A stretch of 41,458 nt of DNA from the NCBI GenBank assembly GCA_035354435.1, contig DAOQAY010000001.1:1-41458 (forward strand), given 5' to 3'. Positions within the stretch are counted from its first letter, which is position 1. Each line of letters begins with the position of its first letter. A program made the translations under genes and the position numbers. Positions 1 through 9,749 of this stretch are shown here, piece after piece. The notes under the pieces are model-generated. The model searched no databases. It was not told where the DNA came from and worked only from the letters and a program-made list of their open reading frames with translations. The DNA is from a bacterium. GTDB taxonomy: Bacteria; UBP6; UBA1177.

Positions 1-1120
1 AACTGGCAAGTTCTTCACCAAATGTATATTTATTCAGTTTGCCGTCCTTCAATTTATATATTGATCCCGCCCATGTTCCTAGCCACATTCCGCCATCGTG
101 ACTTTCCGTGATGGGAAAAACCACGGCTTCAGTGAGTCCGTTCTTTCTACCGTAGGTTATAAACTTTCCCTCTTTTACCCTGAAAAGTCCATACCCTCTT
201 GTACCGAACCATACGCTTCCTTCAGTATCTTCCATAATTGAAACAACATAATTCGTGGGAAGCCAGTTGGTTTTATCATCCTCTCTATTGCAGAATCTGA
301 AAAAACCATCATTATATGTTCCGACAAAAGTACAACCATGACTGTCAATATTTATTGAACTTATCATCTTATCAGCAAGAAGTTTCGGCTTGAATTTGCC
401 GGTATCCTTGTTCTGCGGGTTAAATGTAATAATTCCGTCCCCGGCAGTTCCGATCAGAAATTTATCAGCACTTTCAAAATGTATCGTTGTGATTTCAGAA
501 GGGAAACTGGCAACTTCTCTTGCTCCGGAGCCATCTATTTTTGAAAGATAATTCTTAGATGCCACCCATACCGTATTATTTAACTTACCTACAAATTTTA
601 CGCTGTTATCCGGCAGCCCCTTCGATTTATCAATAACATAAATAGATCCGTCAGGCTTTATTACTGCAACGCCGTATTTGGCAGTTCCTGCATAAAAATC
701 TCCATCGTCAGTCTGTGTACCGGAAATTATTATGTTATCAGGAAGCCCCGATTTTATATCGAATATCTTGAACCCTTCGGTTTCGTAATTAAGATTGAGA
801 AGACCTCCGCCATCTGTTCCCACCCAAATATTAGGCGATTTAATATCCTCAAAAATAAATTTTGTGCTGTGATTTTCAAGTGGAAGCGTCGAGTCATCAA
901 AAAGCTTGAATTTAATACCGTCGAATTTAACAAAACCTTCTTCCGTTCCCATCCAGATAAACCCGTCTCTCGCCTGCACCATCGTTGTAACACTGTTTTG
1001 CGGGAGACCCCGTGCATTATCCCATTCATCCAGCATAAGCTGATTTAGCGAGACATCCTTGGAAAGACCATTGAGCGAGAAAAAGAGAAAAAAGAACGAA
1101 CATATCAAAAAATTTTTCAC
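1..1120 (-). CDS. Secreted or periplasmic sensor-type protein with two-component-regulator-propeller (Reg_prop-like) repeats. Only the N-terminal part is present; the gene runs off the left edge of the window.
   Basis: Absent from the ORF track because it has no stop in the window. My translation of the minus strand from GTG (1120..1118) is open to base 1. It starts with a signal-peptide-like VKNFLICSFFFLFFSLNG. Repeated units follow: GLPQNSVTTMVQARDGFIWMGTEEGFVKFDG, GLPDNSVKFVGKLNNTVWVAS, EDTEGSVWFGTRGYGLFRV, ESHDGGMWLGTWAGSIYKL. The track ORF 754..1029 is an out-of-frame shadow of this gene. Confidence 0.7.
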   Translation of the reverse strand, partial: MKNFLICSFFFLFFSLNGLSKDVSLNQLMLDEWDNARGLPQNSVTTMVQARDGFIWMGTEEGFVKFDGIKFKLFDDSTLPLENHSTKFIFEDIKSPNIWVGTDGGGLLNLNYETEGFKIFDIKSGLPDNIIISGTQTDDGDFYAGTAKYGVAVIKPDGSIYVIDKSKGLPDNSVKFVGKLNNTVWVASKNYLSKIDGSGAREVASFPSEITTIHFESADKFLIGTAGDGIITFNPQNKDTGKFKPKLLADKMISSINIDSHGCTFVGTYNDGFFRFCNREDDKTNWLPTNYVVSIMEDTEGSVWFGTRGYGLFRVKEGKFITYGRKNGLTEAVVFPITESHDGGMWLGTWAGSIYKLKDGKLNKYTFGEELAS

Positions 1121-1194
1121 GACGCATACCTTTTAAATAAATAAATCTGAAAAATATTATGAAAAAAGAGAGAAAATCTCAAGTTATTTATATT

Positions 1195-2094
1195 TCAAGG
1201 TTTTACATATAACTTTGAATTTATGAGATCTTTAATCTTGTCAGAAAGTATGATCAAAGTTGCAGAACCAAGAAGCAGCAGTCCGGCGAAAAAATTCATA
1301 GAAAGGTTCTCTTCAAGAAATAAATACGCAAAAACGACCGCTACCGCTGGTTTTAAGAGAAAAATCAACGAGGCCCCGAGAGCCGTAAATCTTTTGATGG
1401 TTTCAAAAAATGTTACATATCCGATTCCTGTAACAACAAGTGCCAGATAAATAAATGCTGAAATTTTTTCAATATCTGAAAAAAAACTGCCGGTAGGCAG
1501 AAAAGGAAGTTCATAAAAGAATATAAAAACAAAATTTGCCAACAGTCCAAAGAAAAATGATGTGAGGTTTACAGTAAATGGTGTAATGTTTGAAACTATT
1601 TTTTTGCTTAAAACAGTATAAAAGGCAAAAATTACTGCCGCGAGAAGTGCAAAAAGCATTCCTTCTTTAAAAACAAACCCCTTTTCGCTCATAATTACAG
1701 CAACTGCCGCAAAACCACCCATAAGCCCGACCATTTTTTTTATAGAGAACTTTTCCATTCCTGCAATTGAGGCAAAAATAAGGACAAATACCGGATTTGA
1801 ACAGAAAACAGTTGCAGAAGTTGCCGCTGAACTCATTTTCACTGCGACCTGAAGAAAACACATGGCAAGGAACGAATTCAGTATTCCAAGCAATACTACT
1901 GACAACCATTCATTTTTTCCAAATCTTGCAATTTCAGCGAACCTTTTTTTCAATCCAGGATAAAACAGAAAAAAAAGAAACCCGAAAAGAAATCTCCAGA
2001 AAGTAAGCACAAAAGGATCAATAACCCCCATCAAAGGTTTTGAAACTACTTCCATTGAAGCGAAAATAAGAAGTGTTATAAAAAAGTAAGCCAT
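1195..2094 (-). CDS. EamA/DMT-family membrane transporter
   Basis: Almost entirely hydrophobic, with about ten helix-length segments in two similar halves, typical of EamA-domain permeases. I prefer ATG at 2094 (AAGG 6 nt upstream). The track start at 2157 is a TTG without a Shine-Dalgarno sequence. Confidence 0.75.
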   Translation of the reverse strand: MAYFFITLLIFASMEVVSKPLMGVIDPFVLTFWRFLFGFLFFLFYPGLKKRFAEIARFGKNEWLSVVLLGILNSFLAMCFLQVAVKMSSAATSATVFCSNPVFVLIFASIAGMEKFSIKKMVGLMGGFAAVAVIMSEKGFVFKEGMLFALLAAVIFAFYTVLSKKIVSNITPFTVNLTSFFFGLLANFVFIFFYELPFLPTGSFFSDIEKISAFIYLALVVTGIGYVTFFETIKRFTALGASLIFLLKPAVAVVFAYLFLEENLSMNFFAGLLLLGSATLIILSDKIKDLINSKLYVKP

Positions 2095-2226
2095 CGCAAC
2101 CTTCAAAAATAAATCCTTTAACAGACTGGTAATATTGTTTTTACCCTGTAAAGTCAATTATAAAGAATTTTGTATCTTTTTAATTTCGGTATAGAATCGA
2201 GCTGTCTATTTCTTAAGGAGGATCAA

Positions 2227-2811
2227 ATGTGGCTTTTGACTTTATTTTCAGTCGTTAATGCTTTGGGAGATATTACAATTCAGGAAAACGCACCAGCAGA
2301 TCAGGAAAAATCGTCTCCTAAAATACTTGTCGTATACTACAGCAATTCAGGAATTACTGAAAAGGTCGGAGGTCTTCTGGCTGTAGCACTTGAAGCCGAT
2401 CAGGAAAAACTTATCGACAAAAAAGACCGGAAAGGTATATGGAATTATCTGGTTGCCGCAAAAGATGCCATCATGAAAAATGAAACTGAAATCGATACGC
2501 CGGCCCATGATCCTTCAAAATACGACCTTATCATTATTGGAACCCCGATCTGGGCTGCAAAAATGACACCCGCCGTCAGAACATATATCAATAAGTATAA
2601 AAGCAAATTTAAAAAAGTGGCTTTTTTCACTACTTCTGGAGGAACAACTTTTGACAAAACCATTCCGGAAATGGAGGAGATATCAGGTAAAAAAGCTGTC
2701 CTTAAAAACGGATTCTTTGAAAAAGAAGTGAAAAATGATTCTCCGGAAATGATAAAAAAACTGAATGAATACATGGATTCTGTAAAAAAGATCTTTCTTG
2801 ATAAAATCTAA
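2227..2811 (+). CDS. Flavodoxin-like fold protein
   Basis: KILVVYYSNSGITEKVGG (flavodoxin phosphate-loop-like) and DLIIIGTPIWAAKMTP are present. A strong AAGGAGG at 2215..2221 lies 5 nt before ATG 2227. The track start at 2170 is an upstream TTG that I consider unlikely. Confidence 0.75.
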   Translation: MWLLTLFSVVNALGDITIQENAPADQEKSSPKILVVYYSNSGITEKVGGLLAVALEADQEKLIDKKDRKGIWNYLVAAKDAIMKNETEIDTPAHDPSKYDLIIIGTPIWAAKMTPAVRTYINKYKSKFKKVAFFTTSGGTTFDKTIPEMEEISGKKAVLKNGFFEKEVKNDSPEMIKKLNEYMDSVKKIFLDKI

Positions 2812-2812
2812 T

Positions 2813-3733
2813 TTAGTAGCTATCTGTGTCTGCAAGTTCAAAAAGCAGTTTTCCGTTTAACCTTGAAGGAACATTTCTTGTTGTATAATGCATTTTTGAT
2901 GCAGATCTTAGAACAATGAACCTTGATGAAAAAAAATCTATGATCCCTGAGTTTAGACCATTGTACATAACAGCCGTTATTCCGTTAATCGCAAGGTATT
3001 TCAGGAATTCGCTACATAGAATTTTGTAGTCGGCTGACTGTCCAAGCATAATAACTGCTGTTTTTATGTTCTTCACTATTCTGATCTTATATATCATAAA
3101 CTCTTTATCTGAACCGTTGAATGAATAATATTTGTTAAACGGATGTGTGGCAAACCTCCAGTTCATTGAAGCTTCATTCCAGTCAGTACAGGCATTATAC
3201 ATAAACTTTTTCTGGCTCATTACAGGTATTTTAAAACTGCCTTCTTTAAATTTTCTAAATAACGAACCGTAACCAGTGATCGAAAAGTACCAGTTCATAT
3301 CTGATATCTGTCTCCAACCAAGTGCAATATAACCTGGAAGACTGTTTTCATTTGGAAAATTAAAAAAGAAACTGTTCTCAGTCTCAATCTTCTCTATTGC
3401 CTTTTTGGTCATTGCTGAAAAGATTCCTTTCCGTCCATGATCCGGATGTGTGGCTGTATCAACAAGCTGATAACCTGTAAAAATATCATCGCCTATCCTG
3501 AATCTGTTCGGAATAAGAAGTCTTAAACCTACAAGTTCATGATTACACTCTGTAAACCAGCCCAACGGCTTGCCGAAAGGATTTCTCAAATATTTCCAAT
3601 CCCACCATTCTTTTGAGAAAACAGTGTGCGGGAAAACATTTCTAAGAAGTACAAGCGAGTCATCAACAAATGATTTTTTCGAAAAATCGACTTCTCCGAT
3701 AGTGTAGATGTTGTCATTTTTCAATTCTGACAA
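2813..3733 (-). CDS. GNAT-like acyl/acetyltransferase, last gene of the glycan locus
   Basis: The segment QLVDTATHPDHGRKGIFSAMTKKAIE resembles GNAT motif A (R/Q-x-x-G-x-G/A). Context is a glycan locus. The start is TTG (3733 or 3724); there is no in-frame ATG near the N-terminus. Confidence 0.5.
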   Translation of the reverse strand: MSELKNDNIYTIGEVDFSKKSFVDDSLVLLRNVFPHTVFSKEWWDWKYLRNPFGKPLGWFTECNHELVGLRLLIPNRFRIGDDIFTGYQLVDTATHPDHGRKGIFSAMTKKAIEKIETENSFFFNFPNENSLPGYIALGWRQISDMNWYFSITGYGSLFRKFKEGSFKIPVMSQKKFMYNACTDWNEASMNWRFATHPFNKYYSFNGSDKEFMIYKIRIVKNIKTAVIMLGQSADYKILCSEFLKYLAINGITAVMYNGLNSGIIDFFSSRFIVLRSASKMHYTTRNVPSRLNGKLLFELADTDSY

Positions 3734-4818
3734 ATTTCAATCTCCGAATCTTGAAGTGTTTCAATTATTTTCTTTGAAGCATTGCCTTCGCCATAAAGGC
3801 TTGCGCTGAAATCGCAGTTCTTTGACTTGCTTATGTTATATGAATCAATTATTTTTGAATATTCACTACCAACAACCTGATTGAATCCGCCTTCAACGAG
3901 TTCTACCCACTCTGTTTCATCGCGCAGTGTAATACATTTCTTTCCGAAAAAATAAGCTTCCTTCTGCAATCCGCCGCTGTCAGTCATCACAAGAGAACAG
4001 TTTTTTATAAGTTCCAGCATATCAAAATAACCGACCGGATCTATCACATCGACTTTAAGTCCCAATTTGTTCTGCTTAAGTATCTTTTTTGTTCTGGGAT
4101 GTATCGGAAGCACGACTCTTTCATTCTTTGCTATTTCATTCAATGCCTTTACAATTGATGAAAGTCTTGCAATATCATCTGTATTTTCAGCTCTGTGAAT
4201 CGTTGCAAGGACATAATCATCTTTTTTGAGAAGCCTGTCAACAAGTATGAGACTTTTCAAACTGCTTTTCTTAGCATAATATAAGGCGGCATCGTACATT
4301 ACATCCCCTGATTTGACTATTGAACAGTCGAAATTGTTAAAGCCTTCTTTTTTCAGATTGTTCATTGCCGTATCGGTAGGACAGAAAAGCACATTTGAAA
4401 TACGATCCACTATTATTCTGTTTATCTCTTCAGGCATACACATATTATAACTTCTGAGACCTGCTTCGACATGCGCAACTTTAAAATGAAGTTTGGACGC
4501 ACATAAGGCACCGGCAAGTGTCGAATTTGTATCTCCGTAAACCAACACAAAATCAGGACGGATATTCAGAAGGATGGTGTCCAGTTTTTCCATCATCTGA
4601 CCAGTCATTGCACCATGTGAAAGTCCATTAATATTAAGGTTATAGTCCGGTTTAGGAATCTCCATTTCATCAAAAAAAATGTCAGACATTGACTTATCAA
4701 AATGTTGACCGGTATGAACAATTATCTCTTTGATTTCTTTGTGCCTTTTAATTTCTCTCGAAACAGTCGCCGCTTTTATAAATTGGGGTCTGGCACCTAT
4801 AACAGTTAGAATTTTCAT
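3721..4818 (-). CDS. wecB: UDP-N-acetylglucosamine 2-epimerase (non-hydrolysing)
   Basis: MKILTVIGARPQFIKAATVS, HTGQHFD, VLVYGDTNSTLAGAL, VAHVEAGLRS and PEEINR occur in the canonical order. Confidence 0.9.
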   Translation of the reverse strand: MKILTVIGARPQFIKAATVSREIKRHKEIKEIIVHTGQHFDKSMSDIFFDEMEIPKPDYNLNINGLSHGAMTGQMMEKLDTILLNIRPDFVLVYGDTNSTLAGALCASKLHFKVAHVEAGLRSYNMCMPEEINRIIVDRISNVLFCPTDTAMNNLKKEGFNNFDCSIVKSGDVMYDAALYYAKKSSLKSLILVDRLLKKDDYVLATIHRAENTDDIARLSSIVKALNEIAKNERVVLPIHPRTKKILKQNKLGLKVDVIDPVGYFDMLELIKNCSLVMTDSGGLQKEAYFFGKKCITLRDETEWVELVEGGFNQVVGSEYSKIIDSYNISKSKNCDFSASLYGEGNASKKIIETLQDSEIEICQN

Positions 4819-4846
4819 TTCATTTCTCTTGCTTTTTCATTTATAT

Positions 4847-6067
4847 TCAAACAAAAATGTTCAAATACCTTTCAGCTAACTTTTTATAAGTGTGATACTT
4901 AATCACATATGCCTTACCTTTCAATCCCATTTCAGCTCTTCCTTTTTCACCCATATTATCAAGCTTTAGTATGGCTGTAACGATATCGTCTGGGTTATCA
5001 GCGTTTACTGAAATTCCGCAGTCTGCTAATTTGACAGGGTTATTTTCTTCCTCAATTGAATATATAATCGGCTTCCCAGCATACATATAATCAAAAAGCT
5101 TGTTTGCAGAAACCCCAAATTTGAAAATTGCCAATTTGGGAAGCCCAATATAACAAACATCAGCCCTAGAAAGAATTAGTTGCATCTCTGACTTAGCAAC
5201 AGGATTTAAAAAAGCAACATTTTTTAAATCGTTTTCCCTGACTAATTCCGACAAGTTTTGCTTTTCCGGTCCTGATCCAATAATAACAAAATGAATGTTA
5301 TCGTTTCTTACAACCAACTTTGCGGCATTTACAATATTTTCCAAAGCATTTGAAATCCCTATTTTACCTGCATACATAACAATTAATTTGTTTTGAGGAA
5401 TTAAATTTAACAATTTTTGGGCTGATTGAGAATTCTCAAGTTTTTCGGATTCATCAATACCATTAGGAATATAAACGAATTTATTCCTTTTCATACCATG
5501 TTGTTCCATATGCTTGTACGCTTCAGGAAGGACAGATACAACATGGTCGGACACCCTGTAACTGAAATTTTCGAACATCTGCATAAAAAGGATGAAAGGA
5601 TGCCATTTGGAAATACTGCCTATTTCGATTAAAGTCAAAGGCCATATGTCCCTGACTTCAAAAATCAACTTTGCATTGAATTTCTTCTTGTAATAATACC
5701 CGTTAATTATCGAAAATGGTGTTGGCGATGTAACAATAATGACATCAGGTTTTCCAAAAGACTTTTTTTTAACAAGAAACAGCCCCAGAACAAAAACGAA
5801 TGCATTAACAATGCGCCCGAAACTTTGGGATTTCTTATACTTTGGTGTTTTTATCCAGCAGTAAGTTATACTGTCAATTACTTCAGTCTTACTGAATCCT
5901 TTCACTTCCGGAGGATTTGAATAAATGTGTGTGTAGGATCCTGAAAAGATTGTTACTTTATTTCCGTTTTTCACAAATTCCTTGGCAAGATAGTACGGTC
6001 TGAACACCATCCCATGAATTTTTGATCCAATTGTTTCGTTGATTATCCAAATATTCTTATTATTCAT
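4847..6067 (-). CDS. Glycosyltransferase, GT-B fold (GT4, WcaI/WbuB-like)
   Basis: 406 aa and soluble, with a two-domain GT-B pattern. The N-terminal IWIINETIG...RPYYLAKEFVKNGNKVTIF resembles GT4 N-domains. Located in a glycan locus. Confidence 0.7.
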   Translation of the reverse strand: MNNKNIWIINETIGSKIHGMVFRPYYLAKEFVKNGNKVTIFSGSYTHIYSNPPEVKGFSKTEVIDSITYCWIKTPKYKKSQSFGRIVNAFVFVLGLFLVKKKSFGKPDVIIVTSPTPFSIINGYYYKKKFNAKLIFEVRDIWPLTLIEIGSISKWHPFILFMQMFENFSYRVSDHVVSVLPEAYKHMEQHGMKRNKFVYIPNGIDESEKLENSQSAQKLLNLIPQNKLIVMYAGKIGISNALENIVNAAKLVVRNDNIHFVIIGSGPEKQNLSELVRENDLKNVAFLNPVAKSEMQLILSRADVCYIGLPKLAIFKFGVSANKLFDYMYAGKPIIYSIEEENNPVKLADCGISVNADNPDDIVTAILKLDNMGEKGRAEMGLKGKAYVIKYHTYKKLAERYLNIFV

Positions 6068-7196
6068 TACGATCCCTAGTTAAATCCTTGAGAGTTATAT
6101 TATAAATACTTATCATTTTATCAACATTTTGGTTCCAGTTATATAACCTTTCTACTCTATTTCTGCCTGCCTTTCCCATTTTCTCTCTCAAATCCTTGTC
6201 CAAAACCAGCTTCTCAATTGCATCCGCAGCTGCAGAGACATTTTTTTTAGGAACAATAGAACCGGTAACACCGTCTTCTACTACCTCTGGAAGACCACCC
6301 GCATCTGAAACAACAACCGGAACTCCGCAAGCTTGTGCTTCAACAACAGCAACACCGAAACTTTCCTCTATTGAAAGAGCTGCAAAAATATTGAAGGAAT
6401 TTATATAATCGGGAACCGAAGCATGATCGATCATTCCTGTAAAAACAACTTTGTTCTCTATCTTTAAAAAAGCAGTTATATCATATAATTTATTTTTTTC
6501 ACTCCCGTCTCCGGCAACTACAAGCTTAAGTGGCATGGCCGGGTGCTTTTCAGAAATTTGAGCGAAAGCTTTGATCAGAAATTCTATTCCGTATTTGGGT
6601 TCAAGAAGTTTTATAGTTCCTACGACAATATCCTGTTCATTTATTTTTAAATTATTCCTTATTTTAATTCCATGATTCATAGAAAAATCATTCAAATCTA
6701 TGCCAAAAGGAGTTATTTCGATATCCTTGTCAGTGAATTTCCCTGCTTCGACCGCCATAACATTGCTTGTTGATAATATTTTGTCAGCCTTTCTTAAAGT
6801 AAATTCAAAGACCTTTCTATGGAGAAAAGATTTGTAGGGGAAATCAAAAACATCTGAGCCCCAGACAGAAACAATAAGCGGATGAAAACCTGACAACGCA
6901 CCAAGAAGTCCGTAACTTGAAGCGAAGTGAGCATGAACGATATCGGGCACGAATTTGCAAATCTGCTTTTTCAATTCAGGCAAAGCTTTCAAATAAGCGA
7001 TCTTGCCGAACCCTCCCCAACCTGCTGACCTTTTCTGACAATCCACAACAGTATAAGTGAAATTCTCATGCGGATAATCGCTTTCATTAAAATCTTTCAA
7101 GCTGAACAGATGTATAATTATGCCCCTTTTCACAAGAGCACTCACCCATCTTCTTGTATGAATAGAGAAACCATCGGACATAATGAATATTTTCAT
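6060..7196 (-). CDS. Glycosyltransferase family 4
   Basis: Contains EESFGVAVVEAQACGVPVVVSDAGGLPEVVEDGVTG, a typical GT4 EX7E/nucleotide-sugar region. Confidence 0.85.
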   Translation of the reverse strand: MKIFIMSDGFSIHTRRWVSALVKRGIIIHLFSLKDFNESDYPHENFTYTVVDCQKRSAGWGGFGKIAYLKALPELKKQICKFVPDIVHAHFASSYGLLGALSGFHPLIVSVWGSDVFDFPYKSFLHRKVFEFTLRKADKILSTSNVMAVEAGKFTDKDIEITPFGIDLNDFSMNHGIKIRNNLKINEQDIVVGTIKLLEPKYGIEFLIKAFAQISEKHPAMPLKLVVAGDGSEKNKLYDITAFLKIENKVVFTGMIDHASVPDYINSFNIFAALSIEESFGVAVVEAQACGVPVVVSDAGGLPEVVEDGVTGSIVPKKNVSAAADAIEKLVLDKDLREKMGKAGRNRVERLYNWNQNVDKMISIYNITLKDLTRDRNE

Positions 7197-7204
7197 AATT
7201 TATC

Positions 7205-8374
7205 TTAACTCAGTTTTTCGTTTCTAATCTTTTTAAAAATTTTCTCAACATACAAAGCTCTGGCATTCCAAGTATTTTCACCTTTTATTTTTAAGATATT
7301 GTCTTTTTTCTCAACCAACAATTTTGGCTCTGAAATAATATTATCCAATATATCACTCTCATCACCGTCAGCAACCCATCCTATGTTGTTAGATAAAACG
7401 AAATCTGCGGTTGCCGTACCCGTCGTTGTAATTACAGGAAGATCATATGTCAAAGCTTCAAAAAGCTTATATGGATATGCGAAAGAAAGGTATTCAAATG
7501 GTTTCCATAAAATTACATATATATCAGACCTGAGAAAATAATCTTCTATTTTCGAACCTGTTCCATGAATTACTTTAATGTTTGTGTTTTCTGAAATGTT
7601 GTAATAGCGTTCTGTAGCTTTATACTCGTCCGGTCTGCATATCAAAAATAAATTCACATTCTTTCTTCCTTTCAAACTTTTGAAAAGAGGCTGAAGATCG
7701 TACAATGGCGGTTTTATACCGCCTGCGTAAATCAAATTTAAAATTCCATCCGCGCCTTGCATCTTTTTATCTGACAATACTTTTTCTTCACAACCTGGCG
7801 GGAGGGCATGAACTTCCTTTATTTTTATTTTTCCAGGAATAAAATCCCTCATTTTAAGTGATGGAAGAAAAAGAGCATCAAACAGTTTATCATATTTATA
7901 AAGATCATATCTGTAAAAGCATATGGCCGTCATTCTTTTAATAAAACCTGTGTTTTTCTTATACTGATCAAAAGCCCAGTGAATATCTCTGTAAAAGAGT
8001 CCTGTAGGAATAGAATGCTTTTTGAGTTTTTTTATAAAGTTAAAATCCAAGAACGGAGCTATAGGAAAATGATGTTTTTCCGTTAAGGCTGTCGGCATAG
8101 TAGATGATTCGGAATAACAGAATTCATATCTCAGACCTGACTCTATTTTTTCAAGTATCTCTTTAATCCTTTTTCGTCTTTCTCCTGCATAGCCCGAAAC
8201 GACATCCACTTCGAACCCGATCCGTTTAAACGCTTGTAATATTTTCAAGGGTCTTATGCCGCTAGCTGAACAGGAATTTTCATTTAAAGGAACTGGAATA
8301 TGAAAAATCATTCTTTTTTGTTGATTTTCTTTAATCATTTCTTTTCTGTCGATTTCCTTGTAAAAACATAACAT
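7205..8374 (-). CDS. Putative glycosyltransferase (GT-B-like)
   Basis: The C-terminal PYKLFEALTYDLPVITTTGTATADFV resembles GT-B donor-binding halves. The N-terminal half is not diagnostic. ATG 8374 has AGGAAAG upstream but overlaps the preceding gene by 44 nt. Alternative ATGs are at 8338 and 8311. Confidence 0.55.
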   Translation of the reverse strand: MLCFYKEIDRKEMIKENQQKRMIFHIPVPLNENSCSASGIRPLKILQAFKRIGFEVDVVSGYAGERRKRIKEILEKIESGLRYEFCYSESSTMPTALTEKHHFPIAPFLDFNFIKKLKKHSIPTGLFYRDIHWAFDQYKKNTGFIKRMTAICFYRYDLYKYDKLFDALFLPSLKMRDFIPGKIKIKEVHALPPGCEEKVLSDKKMQGADGILNLIYAGGIKPPLYDLQPLFKSLKGRKNVNLFLICRPDEYKATERYYNISENTNIKVIHGTGSKIEDYFLRSDIYVILWKPFEYLSFAYPYKLFEALTYDLPVITTTGTATADFVLSNNIGWVADGDESDILDNIISEPKLLVEKKDNILKIKGENTWNARALYVEKIFKKIRNEKLS

Positions 8375-9737
8375 GTTTCTTTCCTGTTTTAAAAATTCTC
8401 AATAAAACAGCACTGCCAATTATTAACATAAACATTGCCAGCATTGTAAGAATAGACATGTTGTAAATAAAATCATTGAATCCTCCGGTAACTGGCCAGG
8501 AAATAGTTAAATAAACCATTAAAGCCAGCATTAATGGAGTTTTTTTTGATTTAAGAATAGTAACATAACTCCATTGAATAACAAAACCAACCCATATAGG
8601 AGCAAAAACAACCCCTATAAGTCCGAAGTTCGCCCATGATTCACCAATAAACAAAGTATTCATAACCCCGCCAGTTCCCTCCTCTATAGCTGAAGGCATA
8701 ACTATAGACATTATTATTCTTGCAGATCTGTCACTTTTTTCAATTGAAAAAATTCCTGACAATATATTGGATAAACTTGTAATACCAAGAAAGTTATGAC
8801 GATCAGGGAATATGTCAAAAGAAAAAAATGTGCCAGCGGACTGGCTTAGAAGTATGCGTCCTGGGATACCTTGGTTAACACTAGTAACCAGTGATGCAAA
8901 ATCTGAAATGCCCAAACCCATTGTTGAAAGATAAAGATATGCTAGAATTACAAATGATATAAATCCAGCAAATATAAATAATTTTTTACTTACCGATCCT
9001 TCAATAAGGATATGAAGTAATAGGAACCCTATTAAATAGGTAACTAGTGGCGATTTGGCAATATTATATGTCAGTATCATAATTGATGAGAAAAACATGA
9101 GTTCAAACCATACAAAATCTTTTTTTGATTTTGACATTTTATAATATGCATAAGAAATATATGATAAAACTGGAGTAAGCATTATTGCAAACAAATTTCT
9201 AAAAATAATATTCCCGCCGAACTCTCTTGATGCTTCGATTCTCATTCTTGCAAGAATTTCTGGTCCAGATCCTTTAAAAACATACAAAATAGGAATAGTT
9301 TTAATAACATAAAATGTATAGACACACGCAAATATCGAAATCGCAGATAAAACCAGCAAAGGAAATCTCATATAGGAATCTTTCATTGAAACAACTGGCT
9401 CTATTAGTTTTCCTGCATATCTTGAAAACAAAATTCTTGTATTGAAATTCTTTAGAAAATAATTTGCCAGAAGCATTCCGATAGGCATTGCTATCATGAC
9501 ATACATTATGGAAACCCAGCCATAAAATCTTGAGCTTTCAAATGCAAGCCTATTTATCATGTAATGATTATCAACTTTGTTTACAACAAGTACAGAACCA
9601 ATAAATGAGAATAAAAAAAGCTGCAGATAAAAAATATAGGAAATCATATTTAATCGATTAAAGGCCATTGTTCCTGAGCATTTTTTAAAAAGATAATATG
9701 ATATTATCAAAATAACAAATGAAATTAAGTAATACAT
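8331..9737 (-). CDS. wzy: O-antigen / oligosaccharide repeat-unit polymerase (Wzy-like) polytopic membrane protein
   Basis: 468 aa with many transmembrane segments and one larger loop. It lies next to a flippase and glycosyltransferases. Wzy proteins are poorly conserved, so there is no strong sequence motif. Confidence 0.6.
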   Translation of the reverse strand: MYYLISFVILIISYYLFKKCSGTMAFNRLNMISYIFYLQLFLFSFIGSVLVVNKVDNHYMINRLAFESSRFYGWVSIMYVMIAMPIGMLLANYFLKNFNTRILFSRYAGKLIEPVVSMKDSYMRFPLLVLSAISIFACVYTFYVIKTIPILYVFKGSGPEILARMRIEASREFGGNIIFRNLFAIMLTPVLSYISYAYYKMSKSKKDFVWFELMFFSSIMILTYNIAKSPLVTYLIGFLLLHILIEGSVSKKLFIFAGFISFVILAYLYLSTMGLGISDFASLVTSVNQGIPGRILLSQSAGTFFSFDIFPDRHNFLGITSLSNILSGIFSIEKSDRSARIIMSIVMPSAIEEGTGGVMNTLFIGESWANFGLIGVVFAPIWVGFVIQWSYVTILKSKKTPLMLALMVYLTISWPVTGGFNDFIYNMSILTMLAMFMLIIGSAVLLRIFKTGKKHVMFLQGNRQKRND

Positions 9738-9749
9738 CTTCTTCCCGAA

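Noticed and set aside
754-1029. 91-aa minus-strand ORF from the track.
   Set aside because: It is out of frame with, and fully inside, the longer edge-truncated Reg_prop-type gene (1..1120), whose translation shows clear repeat motifs.
2170-2226. Upstream TTG-initiated extension of the flavodoxin-like ORF given in the track.
   Set aside because: A near-perfect AAGGAGG lies inside the extension, correctly spaced for ATG 2227. The extra 19 residues have no counterpart in flavodoxin-like proteins.
2227-2270. The hydrophobic N-terminus (MWLLTLFSVVNALG) of the flavodoxin-like protein as a signal peptide, implying an exported flavodoxin.
   Set aside because: The stretch is short and lacks a positively charged n-region. 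I cannot distinguish a signal peptide from a membrane anchor or a mis-set start without a predictor.
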